Source: Pseudomonadota bacterium | GTDB lineage: Bacteria > Pseudomonadota > Gammaproteobacteria > Burkholderiales > JALYOK01 | DNA: 33,901 bases | Reading direction: 5' to 3' | Assembly (NCBI GenBank): GCA_031371465.1 | Contig: JANMJR010000348.1 | Location: forward strand, 1 to 33,901 | Part shown: positions 8,801-18,000 of the stretch, piece after piece | Numbering within the stretch: position 1 is the stretch's first letter | Layout of the letters: every line of letters begins with the position of its first letter | Notes under the pieces: generated by a model | What the model was told of the DNA's origin: nothing | The model's database searches: none | The model's input: only the letters and a program-made list of their open reading frames with translations | Program-made: the position numbers and the translations under genes

Positions 8801-11210
8801 GCTGCAACCCTTCAATGTCGACTTTTACGCGTCGGGCATCTTCGCCGCGCTGATGGGCTTGATCGCGCTGCTCGTACAGCGCTGCTACCTCGCGCGCCAA
8901 CTGCTCGGTCTCGGTCACTTTGGCTTGGGCCGCGGTGAGCTCGTCCACTTGCTTGAGGCTCGCAAGCGTGCGGAACCGATGGGTGTAACGATCCAGCCCT
9001 TGCTCGTGCAGGCCGCGTTCGAACCGGTAGCCGAGCAATGCCCCTAACGATTGGCCTTCGCGCACACCGTCTAGTATCCATTTGGCTCGATGCACCCGAT
9101 CTGAAGACAGATCGACGGCAAAGGGACTGTCGCCGCTGTCGCCCTGCGCTAGCTGTGCCAGATAACCGCTGCGCAGCACGGCCGCCGTCGCGGCGTGTGT
9201 CAGAGACGGCGCTTGTACATATCCCCTATTGCTGGCCGATCGATACAACGGACCCGTGGCGCCCGTCGGCGGTGGTTCAATAAGCCGCAGCGGCGCCGCA
9301 CGTTTCAAATTCTCCAACCAGCCATATGCGCCAAGGCGGATACCGGCAGGTGCGGCCTTGCGCAATTGCGCCAGACGTCTCGTCGCCAGCGAGGTCGCCC
9401 ATGCGTCAAAGCGAAAAGTCACCAGATCCAGCGCTTCTGCGATCAGTACTTGCCGTACAGCATCCGGAAGCGTCTGTAGGAAATTCGCCGCAGGATCATG
9501 CAACAACTTAAGCGCTCGGGCTAGCAACACATCGCGCAGCGAGCTGGTGACGAGCTCGCGCGGCTCTAGCGGATCTCTTGCCGCGTCGGAAAACTCACGC
9601 ATGACATAGTGACAAGAGTTAGCTTCCTGCCCCAACAAAGTCACCGGATCGTCCGCAATCCCCACGTGTAGGGCGCGCGCCGCTTGTTGACGCCACTGCT
9701 GTCGATGCGCGCGCCACCAATCAGCGAGCGCAGTCTCTTGGGCATTCCCAAGCGTCGACGTCCAGCGATCGAGTGCCGCAACCGGCAGAATGCCATAGGG
9801 TTGCGCATCGACGCGCAGTGCCGATAAGGGGCCGCGCGCGCGGACAAAATTCATCAGGTGCTCGAGTAGAAACTCGGCGCTGGTAGCAGCCAAAAGCTGG
9901 CGCAGCAGCGCGCTGTCATTGCCCGTCAAGAAGGCGGCGTTCATGAACTTGGACTGAAGCTGTTCGGTGTCACCAGCGCCACGCACATGCGAAAGCACGA
10001 GTGGCGAAATCCCTAGCGCCTTGGCGGCCAGGTCACCGTCCGAGTCGGGCTTGGCGAGGGCGTTACCCAGTTCCACGGCGAAGGCTCCGGCAGCATCACG
10101 ATCTGCCGAGCGGCGCCCCGAGGAAGCTTCCGCGGTATTGTTGGTCGGCACGTTCTGCGCGACGAAGGCGAGGCCGCCAGTGTAGTGATGCGCCTCAAAC
10201 AATTGCTCGAGCCGCTCCGCCGAGACGGTTTCATTCAAAGATGCTTTCACCCCGAACACGACCAGCCTTTCAAACCCAGTGGCTGCCTGCTCGTCCTTAA
10301 GCGGAATCCTCAGCGCCATCCCGATGGCTTCGGCCGCGGCGAAGTCCAGCATCCAACGCATGCCTTCGTCAATCGGCGGTAGTCCGCTCACATTGACGAT
10401 CGGGTTTGCTTGCGGCGACGGGCCGGTCGGCAGTGTGTCTGGAATCGGTTTTCCCCACGCGGTGATCAGCGGCTGCTGCTCGCGATAGCCGATCGCTACC
10501 CAGCGATCCGGCAACACCAATGTATGCGGTGCGCGCGTCCAAGCATGGTCCCTTCGTCCAACAGGGATGCCGCCGACCGGATTCAATACACGAACAATCC
10601 ACGCCGCTCGCGTTGCACCGAAGCGATCCACGAGTTGCTGCCATCCTTGTTGCTTGCGCTGCGTCGCATCGTCGCTAGCAGGGCTGTTGCCAACCTGATC
10701 CCAGAAGTGCTTGCCCCAGCGCTCTTCTTCGGCGGTCAGCTCAGGTTCATGCGTGTCGATGTGCACGTCGTCGGGATAAACTCGCAGCAAGAGTTCGGCG
10801 CCGGTCCCATTCTGCGTTGGCGCGAATCGCGTCTCCAAGCGTACCGGCAGCAGCAACAAAGGCTGCTTGGTGGAGACGGTTCCTTCCAGTGTGTCGGTCC
10901 CAAGTAGGCGCGCAGTGGCGGCATCGCGCGCTGTGCTAAATTCTCCGTACTGGACGGAAAAATCGGCGACTTGCTGCTTAGCGTTGTCGACTGCGGCTTG
11001 CGCGCCGGGGAGGCGGGCAAAGACACCGTTCAATTCAGCTTGTGCTTGATCGCGTTGGCCGATGAGGTCGTTCAGACGCCGCTGGGCGGATTCAAGCCGG
11101 CCCAATGCGTTGTCATAAGCGACTTGCAGCGCTCGAATCTGGCGTTCCCATACGTGGTTTCTAACCCGAGGAATGTTTACGCCTTCGCCAGTTTCGTCAA
11201 TGGGTTTCAT
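5895..11210 (-). CDS. Uncharacterised 1771-aa protein with two coiled-coil regions and a C-terminal Trp-rich beta domain
   Basis: GAGGA RBS upstream of the ATG. Blocks PLLLLPVRLETRF, RVYPDDVHID, QPYGILP, FRFDAWATSLA, GQSLGALLGYRFERGLH and GLLIDEWVEVVP...FHYDQPNAAPPQ. Ala/Gln-rich coiled coils at the N-terminus and at about 8300-8960. Confidence 0.88.
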   Translation of the reverse strand: MKPIDETGEGVNIPRVRNHVWERQIRALQVAYDNALGRLESAQRRLNDLIGQRDQAQAELNGVFARLPGAQAAVDNAKQQVADFSVQYGEFSTARDAATARLLGTDTLEGTVSTKQPLLLLPVRLETRFAPTQNGTGAELLLRVYPDDVHIDTHEPELTAEEERWGKHFWDQVGNSPASDDATQRKQQGWQQLVDRFGATRAAWIVRVLNPVGGIPVGRRDHAWTRAPHTLVLPDRWVAIGYREQQPLITAWGKPIPDTLPTGPSPQANPIVNVSGLPPIDEGMRWMLDFAAAEAIGMALRIPLKDEQAATGFERLVVFGVKASLNETVSAERLEQLFEAHHYTGGLAFVAQNVPTNNTAEASSGRRSADRDAAGAFAVELGNALAKPDSDGDLAAKALGISPLVLSHVRGAGDTEQLQSKFMNAAFLTGNDSALLRQLLAATSAEFLLEHLMNFVRARGPLSALRVDAQPYGILPVAALDRWTSTLGNAQETALADWWRAHRQQWRQQAARALHVGIADDPVTLLGQEANSCHYVMREFSDAARDPLEPRELVTSSLRDVLLARALKLLHDPAANFLQTLPDAVRQVLIAEALDLVTFRFDAWATSLATRRLAQLRKAAPAGIRLGAYGWLENLKRAAPLRLIEPPPTGATGPLYRSASNRGYVQAPSLTHAATAAVLRSGYLAQLAQGDSGDSPFAVDLSSDRVHRAKWILDGVREGQSLGALLGYRFERGLHEQGLDRYTHRFRTLASLKQVDELTAAQAKVTETEQLAREVAALYEQRDQAHQRGEDARRVKVDIEGLQQCYQFEINTVVALEQQANAATTRAAQARQAFTAQQGAKPTSRADWSGRYEVAVTEGRDFELWADRLVGLRLEVAEAQAAADSAQHSFNARLADRVTALAALAKLRDPANPNSIPALERFIAAQEALAATFDQEGLAKEGGTRGKAEADLAAARAALAALLNQQWDRALESLVANNVVDGLDLHRRWKAGQRRSAPQVQWDATTIPFGNATLDFPSPGSDDFTALDVQLQALDEMVDAVGDTVVAESVYQIVQGNPLRAGATLDAIAAGEMPPPELEVVRTPRSGTGLTHRLCVLFPSSAGVAPAGWPISQQQVRAQAEPILNAWAATLLPPPAHVRCQADYVHANNNAVHASVEVALTTLELSPLDAIYMAEGQEDTQRSELEQRLLFHLLRTKPGSVPTEAEVRLSFVRNPGWPDHIVSFGEFLEVTRTTRKLLSGARSLDGRDLSLPESPEPSGVDAQELSQRTTQAAQSLARAQQALQALLPTQQAELEGAPVNLEAIRAALLRMAFFGIQGAAPVSVVGETAEARADLLLQARSVAKEVSRRLERIADLERAVDIAHAAPDARRDHDFARLKEVFGADFRVLPRITLANAADLARTFGASTALQANDPLAAVTWFQRASYVRAGVARLSAAMLYAEALGDGAHLDLCVGQLPFQSEDRWVALPAPADQRILAGRLSLVAQLGPTPLRFDQPLAGLLIDEWVEVVPNRHETTGLSFHYDQPNAAPPQTMLLAVASDERQSWDLDSLETILRETLELAQMRATAPTNQRETIWVDDALPEGAVALGDAESWTWVRLHPEPISGKFAHQSVIATGMHQHFFDGAKAVLPVSVGDRLFAHVYLDPVHPPREVMLQWNDGTTWEHRVYWGENLIEWGIDGAASRQRVGPLPPVGQWVRLEIPATLVNLEGQTVSGMAFSVWDGRATWDRAGKSSARAEGLAADDLSMPALFFNGDAIDLASVVDTGTGG

Positions 11211-11232
11211 GCGAAAGTCCTCTCAATCTGGC

Positions 11233-12042
11233 CTACTGCCCGGCGTCGAGAAAATTGAACAACTCGGCCGAGGCGGCATCCACTGCAGCTTGTGTCGCTT
11301 GAAGCTCTGCCTGCGCGCCTGGAATTCGACTATTGAAATCGGCAAGAGTAGCCGTCAGTTGATCGCGCCGCGCAAGCAATGACGCGCGATCGCTTTCCGC
11401 ATCTTCCTGCTGAAAGCGGGAGAGGGTGAGCGATTCTTGCAAAACCATCGCGCGTGCCGATAATTCGCTCGCAACCTGCTCGAGCGCGGTCCGATCGAGA
11501 GGATCGCGCGCGATCTCAGTTCTCCAGCGCTCCAGATCAGCCACTTGCTGCTGCGCCGCCTTGAGCGTCGACTGCGCTGATTGCAGCGCCGCCGTCGTTT
11601 CGCTAACTTGCCGCTCAGCCGAATGCACATCCATTTGTGCCTGCTCGACCGCACGTTGGCCATTGCTGACCGCACCGTGGGCGGCGGCCGCGTCAGCTCG
11701 CGCCTGATCGCGCCGCGCGACGAGTTGATCCAATTGCCGCTTCCACACTCTCCAGGCTGGATTGCGACGCGGCGGTTTGCCGTCGTCGACTTCGATGGTG
11801 GATTCCGGCTCATTTGCCACATGAGCTTCGATCTGAGCATCCAATTCCGTTACGCGCGCATCCGCCGCTGCCGCGGCAACTTCAAGAGAAGGAATCTGGG
11901 ATTGAGCTTCAGTGACCCGGGTGCGTGTCGTGACGACACGCTCCTGTGCTGCCGACAGGGCCTGCTGCTGCGTACTCACCAGCTTCGCAACGGCTTGCAC
12001 TGCCGCTTCACGACGGGATTTTTCCTGTTCCAAAAATGTCAT
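11233..12042 (-). CDS. 269-aa coiled-coil protein
   Basis: Ala/Gln/Glu-rich heptads interrupted by one Pro-rich loop (HVANEPESTIEVDDGKPPRRNPAWRVW). Fits between its operon neighbours with 11- and 22-nt gaps. Confidence 0.85.
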   Translation of the reverse strand: MTFLEQEKSRREAAVQAVAKLVSTQQQALSAAQERVVTTRTRVTEAQSQIPSLEVAAAAADARVTELDAQIEAHVANEPESTIEVDDGKPPRRNPAWRVWKRQLDQLVARRDQARADAAAAHGAVSNGQRAVEQAQMDVHSAERQVSETTAALQSAQSTLKAAQQQVADLERWRTEIARDPLDRTALEQVASELSARAMVLQESLTLSRFQQEDAESDRASLLARRDQLTATLADFNSRIPGAQAELQATQAAVDAASAELFNFLDAGQ

Positions 12043-12053
12043 GATGCTTACCC

Positions 12054-15041
12054 CTATTTCGGCGCGGCCAACCAGGTTCTAGCATGAATCGCCACCCGGA
12101 ACGGACGCTGCCGGGTGATCGTCGCCATGTGCGCGGAATTTTTTCCCCAGGCAATGTTGTCCGCTACCTCGTCCTTGAGCAGACCGTCAATCGGAACATA
12201 GGCAATCTGCTTAAGCGTCTCATCATTGGCGGCCAAGTGACCCCACGACAAGTCCCGCCAATGTTGCGGCTTACCCCCAAATGTCGTGGCGACATCCATG
12301 CCGAAGCGTGGCTCAGTGGGTTGCTCTTGTAGGACGAAAAACCAACCGGGATGCCCGGTCGAATCATCTGCGCCGCGGACTTGTTGCTCCGTGAGTAAAA
12401 AGCCCAGCAGGGTAATGTCTTGGCCTTGTGTGGCTCGAAACATTGGATACACTTCCGTCGTCCCCAAATCCCGCCGTGTTTTATCGGAGGACCACACCCC
12501 TTCGACCGCGTAGACCATGGCGCGGGGATAACGGCGCAGTAGGTCGCCTCTGATTAGCAGCACCATCTGCCCCTCGGTGGAAGCCCCTCCGCCGTGCTCT
12601 CCTAAGTGACTTGCATCAGCCCAACTGGCAATAGCGGTGATATCTTTGAGGCGATCGCGTTGGTCTTGATTAAGAGACTGGGCGCTGCCACGAACATCCC
12701 AAAACTGCCGGAAGTAAGTTCCCCGTTGATCGGTAGGATAGCCGCGCCATAGCAATTCACGACTCATTTCGTGATTGAGTCCGACCATGTAGGCCTCGAT
12801 AAATGGCTGGTTGCTTTCGAGCAGCGCAATCGTGTTGGGCGGGACCTTCTCCATGCCGGGCAGCAACATCTCATGAAAGTAGTCGCGCATGAGCTCATAC
12901 ATAGGCTGAGGAAATTCCGGCGCAAAGCGGATCAAGTCGGTGCTTTCGGTGGCAGGCACGTCTCTGCGAACGGCGGCCAAGACTGCCGCTTTCGCATCCA
13001 GGTGGGCTAACACGCTCGTCTTTAGGGCTCGAAGGCGGAAGGTCGCGTGATCAAGCGCGCGGCTGTGCGTTGTTACGGAAGCGGGGAAACTGGACGCGCC
13101 CGCTACGCGCGACCAAGCGGCGGCTGTCGTTGCGCCGATATCGATCCCATTCGAGTGGGTTCGCTCCAGTCGCCTGGCAAGTGGTCCTTGTGATCGGCTG
13201 ATGCGGCGATAGGCTGCCGAGAGCGCGGGAACATTGATCGGCAATCGAGATTCTTCGCTCGAGAATCCGCGTGTGTTTATCAGTCGGTTGATCGCAGCGT
13301 GAACTGGCGTAGTCAATTGCAGTAGTCGGGTAGGCGGCAAAGGAGCGACATGTTTGTTCAACAATGCATCGCCGACCGTTTCCGCGAGCTGGGCTCGTTT
13401 CAACCGTGCATTGTCTTGTTCTTGTCTCGCTAGCTGGTCCCAAGCGGAGGCCATGAGCGGTTCTTGCTCAAACCGAATCACGAGTGTGCCCAGGCCTGCG
13501 GCAACACGCAGACGCGGATCAAGATTCAGTTCACGGAACCAATGCGGAGGATTGCTATCCTCGGGAACCTTTTGCTGCTTTGCATACCATTGACCATACA
13601 GAGGCGGGCCTAGCACCGCGCTTTCCCGTTCCGCGGCGCGAAGACTAGCCTCCAGTGTCGGGATCGCTTGTTGAAATTGCTCCAGCTCTTGCAGGCGTTG
13701 ACGATGTGCTTGAATGGTGGCGGAAGCTTTAGTTTGTTGATTGACCAACTGCTTGTGGTACCTCGACCAAGATTTCCACTTCTTGTTGGCTACCTGCTTT
13801 CCCTCGCTCTCAATAGTTTTCGGCGGTTCTTTGGTTACGTGCCTCGCAATACGCCGATCAAGCCCCTGCACGAGCTGTTGCGTAGCGGCAAGCTCGGTTT
13901 GCACGCCCGGAACTTGCTCAACCAACAGACGAAGCTCGGCGAGCCGACGACGTCGATCTTCAATCTCGGCACGAGCTGACGCATTCGATGCCTCTGCCGC
14001 GCCGGGCGCAGCGTGCTCAGCGGGGAAATTGACAATGTTGCGCAGTGCCGTCTGAAATAACTTGCGCGCCTCGCCGGGCCATTCGGCGGCTTCAGTCTCA
14101 GGCGTGCGCAGCGCACCGGCCAACTCCAGCACAGCGCCAGGAGCACCGGGCTGCAGCTTTGGCATCCCCCACCCTGGCGCGCCGATATCCAGCGGACGCA
14201 AGCCGACCGCGGCCGGCAAGCGCTTGGGTTCCAAGCGGCGCGCCAGCGATTCAAAATCGCCCGCCGATCCGGTGCGAAATTCCCAATGAAAATAGATGGG
14301 CAGCTTCACTGTGTCAGACCCAGCAGCGCTGAGAGTCCACGCGGGCTGTAGAGCCTGCTCCTCTGCCGAAGTGACAGTCTCGCCCAGGCCGATCTTGCGG
14401 CCGACGTCGTATGTCGGCACCAGACACGCAAAGTAAGCAGTGCTGGGATCGAGGCGACGCGGACTGAGCAAGCGAGAGAGCGTGCGCTCCGGATGATGGA
14501 TAAGGATTTGCTTGAGCGCGGCATGTTGCGGAGGATCGGGAATGTTCGCGCTGCTCGACAAGATTTGCGTATGGGCCCAAGCCCATACTTGTTCTAGGCT
14601 GGGCAATTCCTGCTTTGGACACTCCAACACTGGCAAAGGTTGATTGGGTCCGGTTGTGAGCGTGGCCGCGTCCTTGCGCACCACGATCAAGCAGACCCAT
14701 GGCATCAATCGGTTGCCTGTGTCGGGCGTGGCCGGAGTGAACAGCCACGGAAAATCCGGTCGATCGAACTCTAGCAACGGGAAGTAGTTCGGCTCAAAAT
14801 CCGTCATGGACTGTTGCGGGTCGGTGCGGATCACTTCTCGAGAGTCGAGACCGGTTACATCGCTAGGGCCGTAGAGCTGGATCGGCACATCCACATCGCT
14901 CGCATCGTTGACACGTAAGCGGATCGGGAGCACGAGATGGCCGTTGGCGACCGGCGCGGCGCTGCTGCTGTTCGTAATGCCGGCCAGGAGTCCCTCACGA
15001 AACCAGGAAAAAAATCGATATGCCGCTGTAGGTTCAGACAT
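12054..15041 (-). CDS. Uncharacterised 995-aa protein with a coiled-coil insertion
   Basis: GGAG RBS. Blocks LYGPSDVTG, FEPNYFPLLEFDRPDFPWLFTP, GDFESLARRL, FIEAYMVGLNHEMSRELLWRGYPTDQRGTYFRQFWD and LLIRGDLLRRYP. Helical insertion at about 13620-14020. Confidence 0.88.
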   Translation of the reverse strand: MSEPTAAYRFFSWFREGLLAGITNSSSAAPVANGHLVLPIRLRVNDASDVDVPIQLYGPSDVTGLDSREVIRTDPQQSMTDFEPNYFPLLEFDRPDFPWLFTPATPDTGNRLMPWVCLIVVRKDAATLTTGPNQPLPVLECPKQELPSLEQVWAWAHTQILSSSANIPDPPQHAALKQILIHHPERTLSRLLSPRRLDPSTAYFACLVPTYDVGRKIGLGETVTSAEEQALQPAWTLSAAGSDTVKLPIYFHWEFRTGSAGDFESLARRLEPKRLPAAVGLRPLDIGAPGWGMPKLQPGAPGAVLELAGALRTPETEAAEWPGEARKLFQTALRNIVNFPAEHAAPGAAEASNASARAEIEDRRRRLAELRLLVEQVPGVQTELAATQQLVQGLDRRIARHVTKEPPKTIESEGKQVANKKWKSWSRYHKQLVNQQTKASATIQAHRQRLQELEQFQQAIPTLEASLRAAERESAVLGPPLYGQWYAKQQKVPEDSNPPHWFRELNLDPRLRVAAGLGTLVIRFEQEPLMASAWDQLARQEQDNARLKRAQLAETVGDALLNKHVAPLPPTRLLQLTTPVHAAINRLINTRGFSSEESRLPINVPALSAAYRRISRSQGPLARRLERTHSNGIDIGATTAAAWSRVAGASSFPASVTTHSRALDHATFRLRALKTSVLAHLDAKAAVLAAVRRDVPATESTDLIRFAPEFPQPMYELMRDYFHEMLLPGMEKVPPNTIALLESNQPFIEAYMVGLNHEMSRELLWRGYPTDQRGTYFRQFWDVRGSAQSLNQDQRDRLKDITAIASWADASHLGEHGGGASTEGQMVLLIRGDLLRRYPRAMVYAVEGVWSSDKTRRDLGTTEVYPMFRATQGQDITLLGFLLTEQQVRGADDSTGHPGWFFVLQEQPTEPRFGMDVATTFGGKPQHWRDLSWGHLAANDETLKQIAYVPIDGLLKDEVADNIAWGKNSAHMATITRQRPFRVAIHARTWLAAPK

Positions 15042-15062
15042 GATCTCGCTCCACTCTCGCTA

Positions 15063-18000
15063 CTACGCTGCTTCAGTTTGTCGATATCTAGCGGTGTTAC
15101 GACGCCGGAACGCTGCTTGACCTGCGGCGCCTAAGCTGACTACGGCATCGAGCACGGGCAGGGGCAGCACATAAGGCTGCGGCTCAGGTTCAGCCGGTCG
15201 TGTCGGATCGATTAACAAGGTCTCGTAGTCAATGCTCCGATCCAGTGCTGCCTCATACGCATAGGCCAGCTCATCCATGCCAAACTGCAGCCCCGCCCCC
15301 TGTGTGGCGAAGGCCGGCTGCGCCAACTTCTCGTCATCACTTAGCTCTTGGTATTGCGCCAAGGCAAACGGCTCGCTCACCGGCGTAGTACTGATCGGCA
15401 TCGGTGTTGCACCGATACCCGCGGCCTTGAGCGTGAAGGTCGTAGGCCCACTTGCAAGCTGCGCGTTGCCTATCTTGGTGATCGGCCGATTCAGCGGCAG
15501 CACGCGCTGGCGCACCGTCAATTGCGCTAACGGATGCACCCGAAAGCTCGTTGCCGTGCTCGGCGTCGCGCGGATCGATACCACCGGCGGCTCTGCGCGG
15601 GCCAGCGTGGCACTCCAATTGCGTTGATCGCGCAGCGCCTCCATGAGTAGGCCCAGCGCATCGATCGGCGCCGGCAGTGGCGGGGGCTCGCGCTGCCCAA
15701 ACTGGCGATCAAAGTGCACCGACACTTTGAAGAAGAACACCTTGATCGTGGCTTTGCCTTGTACGTGCCAGGGCGTGGGTCCAGCAAGCGAGCCCTCAAA
15801 GTGGATGCCCACCAGCAGATGTCCGTGATAGCGCAAAGCCAGCGCTGCGCCCACCTCTACGACAAAGCTGAGTGGGGCTAATTGAAATAAGGCATCAAAA
15901 CCCAGTGCGCCGTCAAAGCTGAAGCCTCCCCCGGCCGCATGCAGGTCTAGCCTGGCGCCAAACTGCACGGTGTTCGAGGTCAGGGCCAGATACGCTTCGC
16001 AGCGCAGTTGCAGAGTCTCGCCGTCGGACAGACTGAGCGCCAGGCGCGCCAGCCGCGGCAAGCCCGCTGGCGCGGCAAAGCGCGGGTGCAAGCCACCTAC
16101 GGCCAGCACGAAGTTGGGTTTTGCTCCCCAGTTGGCGCGCAGCGCCATATCGCCGGTGAGCGCAAACTGCAGGATGCGTGAGTCGTAGAGCGTGGCATCG
16201 AGCGCCACGTCGCGGCGATTGAAATCGATTACGCCAATGGCGTCCATGCGCACTTGCACCAGGGCGCGCTGCGCATCGGGTAACAGCGCTTGTAAGCGTC
16301 CGAGGATCACCAAGCGCACCGGATCGGGTAGCTCCAGCACTACTGCCAATTCCAGTGTCAGCAGTGTCGGCGTGCCCCAAGCGAGTTGTAGCATCGGACC
16401 GAACACATAGCGGCGGTTCAACGGTGGGAACACGGCGCGCAGATCACTGATAATCTGCGGAGCGTTGCGAATCGGATCGTCGGGAAATAGCAGCGAGCCC
16501 AGCGTGCCGGTCTTCAACCCCGCGCGCAGCACTTCCACCATGACGCTGCGATTCACACCCAACAAACCACCGATGCCAGTCAGAGTAAAACCAAACCCCA
16601 ACTGAATCGGCGCAAAACCCTCAGCAGAGATCAGTATCAGCAGCGAGTAGCCCTTCGATCCATCAGGCATGCGGGTGCTCAGCAACCCCACCGCCTTCAC
16701 CGCTATCGTCTCAGCTATCTCCAATTGCAAGATACCGCTGTATTCCGCCCGCTGTGGATCAAAGCGTACAAATCCACCGCCCACTACACCAGGAGCGTCG
16801 ATGACGATGCCGATCCCAATCGGCAGCGCGGGGCGAAGGGTCAGTTCAGCGGAACCAAGGTTGCCGTGACCGGGACTCACGGCGGTGCGAATGCCAATCT
16901 GTTCGACGATCAGGAGCACCGGACCGAGGGCGACGGTCGCGTTCACCGAAGTTGTCAACGCCAAGCCGCCGTCACTAGTCGACAAACCGACGCCGAGTAC
17001 ATCGATAGTGACTGGGCCAATGCGGCGCCCAATCGCTATGCTTGTGCTTAGCTCGGCCCGCCCTCCCAAGCGCACACCGTGGCGATGCGACCACGACAGA
17101 TCGACGTCCGCTTGGGCGACCAGCGAATCCACTTCGATGAAGGACAATTCAGGTTTGACAGTCAACCGACCGCCTTGGATTTCCAAGCGCAGCGTCGCAT
17201 CGGTTTCTTCGCCGCTGACCTGCACGTTCAGCGTGGCCGCGACCGAGGTAGCCTCGATCTTAGTGCTACCGGCCGTGAGCAGCGTGATGCTCTCGGCGCC
17301 CTCAGGCGCTGCAAGGGTCAAGTCGAGTTTCACCTCCGCGCCTGAAGCACCGGTACCCGCCTGCGGCTCATTCAGTCCGGTGCGTAGCAGTGGCGTGCTG
17401 CCCGGCCGCAGTAGCAGCGCCAGTCCGCTACCGAGATCACCACTGGCGGACATTCCTATCGAAAGCGTCGAAGAAAGCGGAATCCGTAGGTTTGCTGTAC
17501 CCGATGCGTATGGCGCAAAACCGATCCCCCCGTCGGCGACCCCAGGAGCAGAGGCGGGCAGGCCGAACACTGAGATACCGGCTTCGGCGGTCAGCGGCCC
17601 GTTTGAGCCAATGAGGGGCAGCAAGAGTTGTATCTGCCGCTGGTGTGCGAGTGGCGTCCCGCCGTGCAAGCGCGCTAATGGAATCGCCGGCAATTCGCGA
17701 CGGGTGACCTCGGTGGCGAGGTGTTGCAGCACCCCGCCGAGCCGAGTTACTAGGGTATCAGCATCGAAGGCAGTCGTGCCCCAACCATAGGTCTCGCGCA
17801 GCAGACCAATCGGATCGCTCAACAACATCGGCAGGCGATCCCAGTGGACGATGTGCCGCAAGTGCACGACCTGGAACGTGGCCGGATCAGCATCGTATCG
17901 GCGCAATTCGAACCAGCCAATCAAAGCCGCGATATCAAACACCGGCCGCGACGCGACTGCGGCAGCTTGGATCAAGTACAGGTCGAACAGCCGGCTGAGG

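Noticed and set aside
11211-11235. Single frameshift error or programmed frameshift joining the 269-aa and 1771-aa ORFs
   Set aside because: Both frames have stops in the junction, no slippery run is evident, and the downstream ATG has its own RBS.
16885-17790. 301-aa plus-strand ORF and similar antisense ORFs across the window
   Set aside because: Ser/Pro/Arg-rich shadow frames of GC-rich genes on the opposite strand.
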